This document shows positions 60,590 through 64,000 of a stretch of DNA of 64,000 nt, piece after piece. Made by a program: the position numbers and the translations under genes. The notes under the pieces are model-generated. The model searched no databases. It was not told where the DNA came from and worked only from the letters and a program-made list of their open reading frames with translations. The DNA comes from Paraphysomonas bandaiensis (taxonomy: Eukaryota > Protista > Chrysophyceae), in contig CBFFRP010000199.1 in NCBI GenBank assembly GCA_965644295.1, positions 434,001 through 498,000 on the forward strand, given 5' to 3'. Each line of letters starts with the position of its first letter. The stretch's first letter is position 1.

Positions 60590-63500
60590 TTAAACCGGTC
60601 TCGTCAATTTGGCACCACCAACAGCACCACCTTTATCTTTTTTCAGTTTAGCTAATTCCTTTTTCAGTGCTGCAAGTTGAGCCTGCTGTTGTGCAGGCGG
60701 TGCGGATGTGGCATTCGTAACATCTTTGCACCTGGCGGCGAATGACAAAGAGCTGTTTGACTCAGAAACATTATAATCCGCAGGTGAGCAGTTAACGAAC
60801 ATCTACGAATAATAATCTTAGACGCATGATACGCATATTTTCTTAATTGTACCCACCAGAGTTTTAGCATTTCCTCCAATTGAATCTGACATAAGCATAG
60901 TCAGTGGATGATTTCTGTATGGTACATGATTGCTGCCGGTAGTTAAAGCTGCGATCACATCTCCAAGGGCAGATAAAGACTTGTTAATACTCTGAGCCTC
61001 CTTTAACATTTCTCCTTGAGCACCGGACTTGTCAACACGCTAAGATAATAAAAAGTTAAAACACGTCAAGCGCATTGGCATACAAAATACCTCCGATCCA
61101 GCTAAATCCACCAATGTCAGCTTTCCTGTGGTAGTTGTACCAGTCCTACGGTTTGTCAGGGTGACAACCAAGCTGCATATCAAGTGGGACCGAGAGCTCT
61201 CAGCATTCATTTGAGTTGACGCAGTAGTTCTTCTTGCCGCTCCTTTATGTCAGCATTGAGTCACCAGCACCACATATAGCATGAAAACGTACCCATTTGA
61301 AAAATTTTCATAACATCTGCTGGCGAGGTCGCAATCATGGCGTTAGCCCCTTCAACGTGAACCAAACCAGTAGGGCTGTGCTCTGCCAGCGTAATTTTCA
61401 GGTTACCTCCCACAGGTTTTCCAGAAGCATCGGTTTTCTTTTTGCTGTATAGTAAGTCCTCTAATCCATCGCGATATAGTTGAAACATTTGAACTGACAC
61501 CTGCAACCAGTTATTAGTGCAAATCAAAAGAGGAATACTCATCCTTACTTCAAACGTGCATTGAGCCGTTCGTTCATTTAAGAGGCGAAATATTTCTGAC
61601 ACAGCCCTAGGAGTGATTCCCGCCAGCTCATCGAATTCACCGTCAGCTTGAAGACAATTTCCTACAAGTACTCTGTAAAACAACAAAATGCTATGCTTCT
61701 GGCGCACCAATATCAGCGGCCCCAATCATGGTAAAGGTTTTCCTATCAAGAAATATCAAAATTATAATTACTACTTGGAGAGACACCTACCCACTTCCAG
61801 TTTGGCCGTATGCAAATATACAAACATTGTAGCCATCGATAACAGATAACATAAGATGCTTCGTGTCTTTGAATACATCTTGTTGGCTATTTCCTTCGCC
61901 ATTCGATCCGGCGAACACCTGATCGAAGTCGAAATTCTTTTTCGAATCAGGACCTTTCGCGCCTTTAACCATAACTGACATTTTTCCGTCCTAGCCACTC
62001 TTGAGCACAAGGAAGTACATATTATATAGCCGAACCTTGATAACGGCCTCCTTGCACCCTTTACTAGCTTCGTTCTTTGAGAAGGGTCGTACTCGAACGT
62101 AAACTCGTATTTTACCTTCACATTTTACACCCCTTAGATTAAGCCGCATCACATTATCAAACTTCACCTTTCATATCCTCAAGCTCATTATGAAGCTTCT
62201 TGCGTGCAGCTTGTTCTCTACCGAGATCTCTATGCAATTGTGCGTTAAACTTCTGCACATTTCTGGCTTCTTCAATCTCTTCCTGTAAAGTGCATAAATA
62301 AGACAAAATCACGAATTAAGAGTAATTTCTTGCCATCATTGCGCGCTGTGCTTCCTCTGATGCTTCAGCACGCTCTTCTGCTTCAGCACTCTTCTTCTTA
62401 TAGGACTCAGCCAGTGAGTGTGCGTTGGAAAGCTCCTCGGCAAACTTCGACTGCTTGTCTGCCATTTCGCTGAAAATACGAGTTGGAATTCAATAAACAC
62501 AATAATTCAAACGTCATACTTGGTTAGCTCATCTCGCTCAGCATCTCGTTGTTTCTTATATACGCTCATTCGATCCTCGAACTCTCGAGTTAAGCGATGA
62601 ATCTCCGATTTGGCCTCATTCAAATCAGACTACACACCGTTCACATTTATACCCGATGCTACGTACAGATCGTTATGAGAACGCACCTGGTACTTTGCCT
62701 TGCTTTCATTCATCTTATCCTCTAGACTCTTCAATTCCGCGATATGACGCATCTCCATTTCCTGACTCTGTCGCGCTCTCTCTTCCGCTGCACTCTGTGC
62801 CTGTGCAACTTTGTCGGCATGACCTGATTCCAGGTTTGCAAGAGTGTCCTGCATCAAGATTACGATACAAGTGCAAGATGACTACTTTGAAACCTGTAGG
62901 CTTTTTAATTTCTCTTCTTCACGAGTAAGAGCGGATTTCGTCTGTTGAAGTTCTCCTTTCAGTTCTGAGTTCTCTTGCTCGATGCGATTCATAATCTCTT
63001 GTGACTCTTTCATCGCCTCACCGCCTGACATCATCGCACCTTCAAGGCGTCGCTTCAGCTCAGCCATCTCACTCTATATTGAAACATTGTGAATGTTACT
63101 AGATGTATGCACTGTTAAAATACCTCCATCCGCTCCTTCTCCCTCTGGTGGAATTGCATCTCTGACTCCAACTTGGCGAGTTTCCCATCTTTCTCTGCGA
63201 TAACTCCCCTGAATTCTTTGCGCTCTTTTTCGAGTGTATCATCTGCCTGCATTTTTGCCTCTGCCAAGAGCTTTTTCATGGCATTGCTGTCCACAGAAGC
63301 ATTGTTATTAGGATTGATGAATGACGGAGCGGACTGTAGCTGCCCAGGTTGTTTACTTGAAAGTTTCTCACTCGCTGGTGGGGGAGTCGAAGTGTCTACC
63401 CCTGGAGCCGTTCCTCCCAGTAAATCATTAGTGCTCTCTACCCGTATAACTGCTCCATAGCCATCGTCGTTATCAGTCTGTTTCGTCTCCGCGGCTCTCC

Positions 63501-64000
63501 GGCGTAGGTAATCACTTTCCCACAAGCACTCACCGTTAGTGGTGTTCATATAATACTTTCCGCCTGTTGTCGGGTCAACGTTTTCGGCCCACTCATCATT
63601 TTCCATGTCGCGGATGGACTGCTGGCTTGTAATAGCTGTCTTTGAGGGGGTCGGAATTGCATCGTTCTTACCGAAGAAGAGACCCCCACCTCCGCGAGAA
63701 GCGGCGAAACCTCCTGGTCCTTGACTGGCTGTCATGAGCATTTTCTTTTGTAGAAAAACAGCACATTCATGCATTCCCGCCTCCCTTGCGTAGTCTACTG
63801 CTGTATAATTGTAGTAGTCATGTGTTCCCACATGAGCCCCGTATGATATAAGCATCTTACAGAAATCCACATCACCGGTACCCGCACAATAGTGCAAGGG
63901 TGTACACCCATACGTTGTCTCATTCACTTCAGGATTCGCACCATTTTGAAGTAACAACTTCGCAATATTCTTAGACATAGATTCTTTATAGCACGCGAAA
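60590..64000 (-). CDS. Kinesin-14 (KCBP-like C-terminal motor) with N-terminal ankyrin repeats, a WW domain and coiled coil; 5' part outside the window
   Basis: [54 protein letters not shown]. Upstream GCTPLHYCA (ANK) and [24 protein letters not shown] (WW). Confidence 0.9.

Noticed and set aside
1-64000. Alternative genetic code or non-canonical intron system
   Set aside because: Conserved genes (RPS19, TOP1, CLU, kinesin) translate with the standard code, use TAA, TAG and TGA as stops, and splice with GT-AG (one GC-AG).

Overview
Eukaryotic nuclear DNA (roughly 40% GC, standard code, many ~45-70 nt GT-AG introns). The gene content points to a flagellated, probably phagotrophic stramenopile such as a chrysophyte-like protist; this is inference from gene content and protein style, not a database result. 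About 20 protein genes are present: an FN3 protein (partial), a GT8-like/methyltransferase-like fusion, a DsbA/HCCA isomerase, RPS19, shugoshin, a GT61-like protein, a sulfotransferase, a secreted alpha/beta-hydrolase, an MSP protein, a PhyH dioxygenase with a long ER/K helix, ABI, a calcineurin-B-like protein, TOP1, a prolyl 4-hydroxylase, a SAM-TIR/HET-ankyrin protein, RPN2, ZMYND12, an LRR/EF-hand protein, CLU and a kinesin-14 (partial). Two RNA genes that the ORF track cannot show are a solitary 5S rRNA (11900-12018 +) and a U1 snRNA (45890-46059 -). Genes are mostly head-to-head around short spacers that share a TACAGCAG/GTATAC(CG) motif. Longer spacers hold an unclassified hairpin-rich dispersed repeat, a hAT-like element nested in one copy of it, and a foldback element. 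Best candidates for new biology: (1) a ~1540-aa SAM + Zn-ribbon + TIR/HET-like + ~33-ankyrin protein, a SARM1/NLR-like immune receptor architecture; (2) a secretory prolyl 4-hydroxylase fused to a VHL-beta-like domain that keeps the hydroxyproline-reading Ser/His; (3) the structured dispersed repeat with variable-length flanking duplications; (4) the shared promoter motif.
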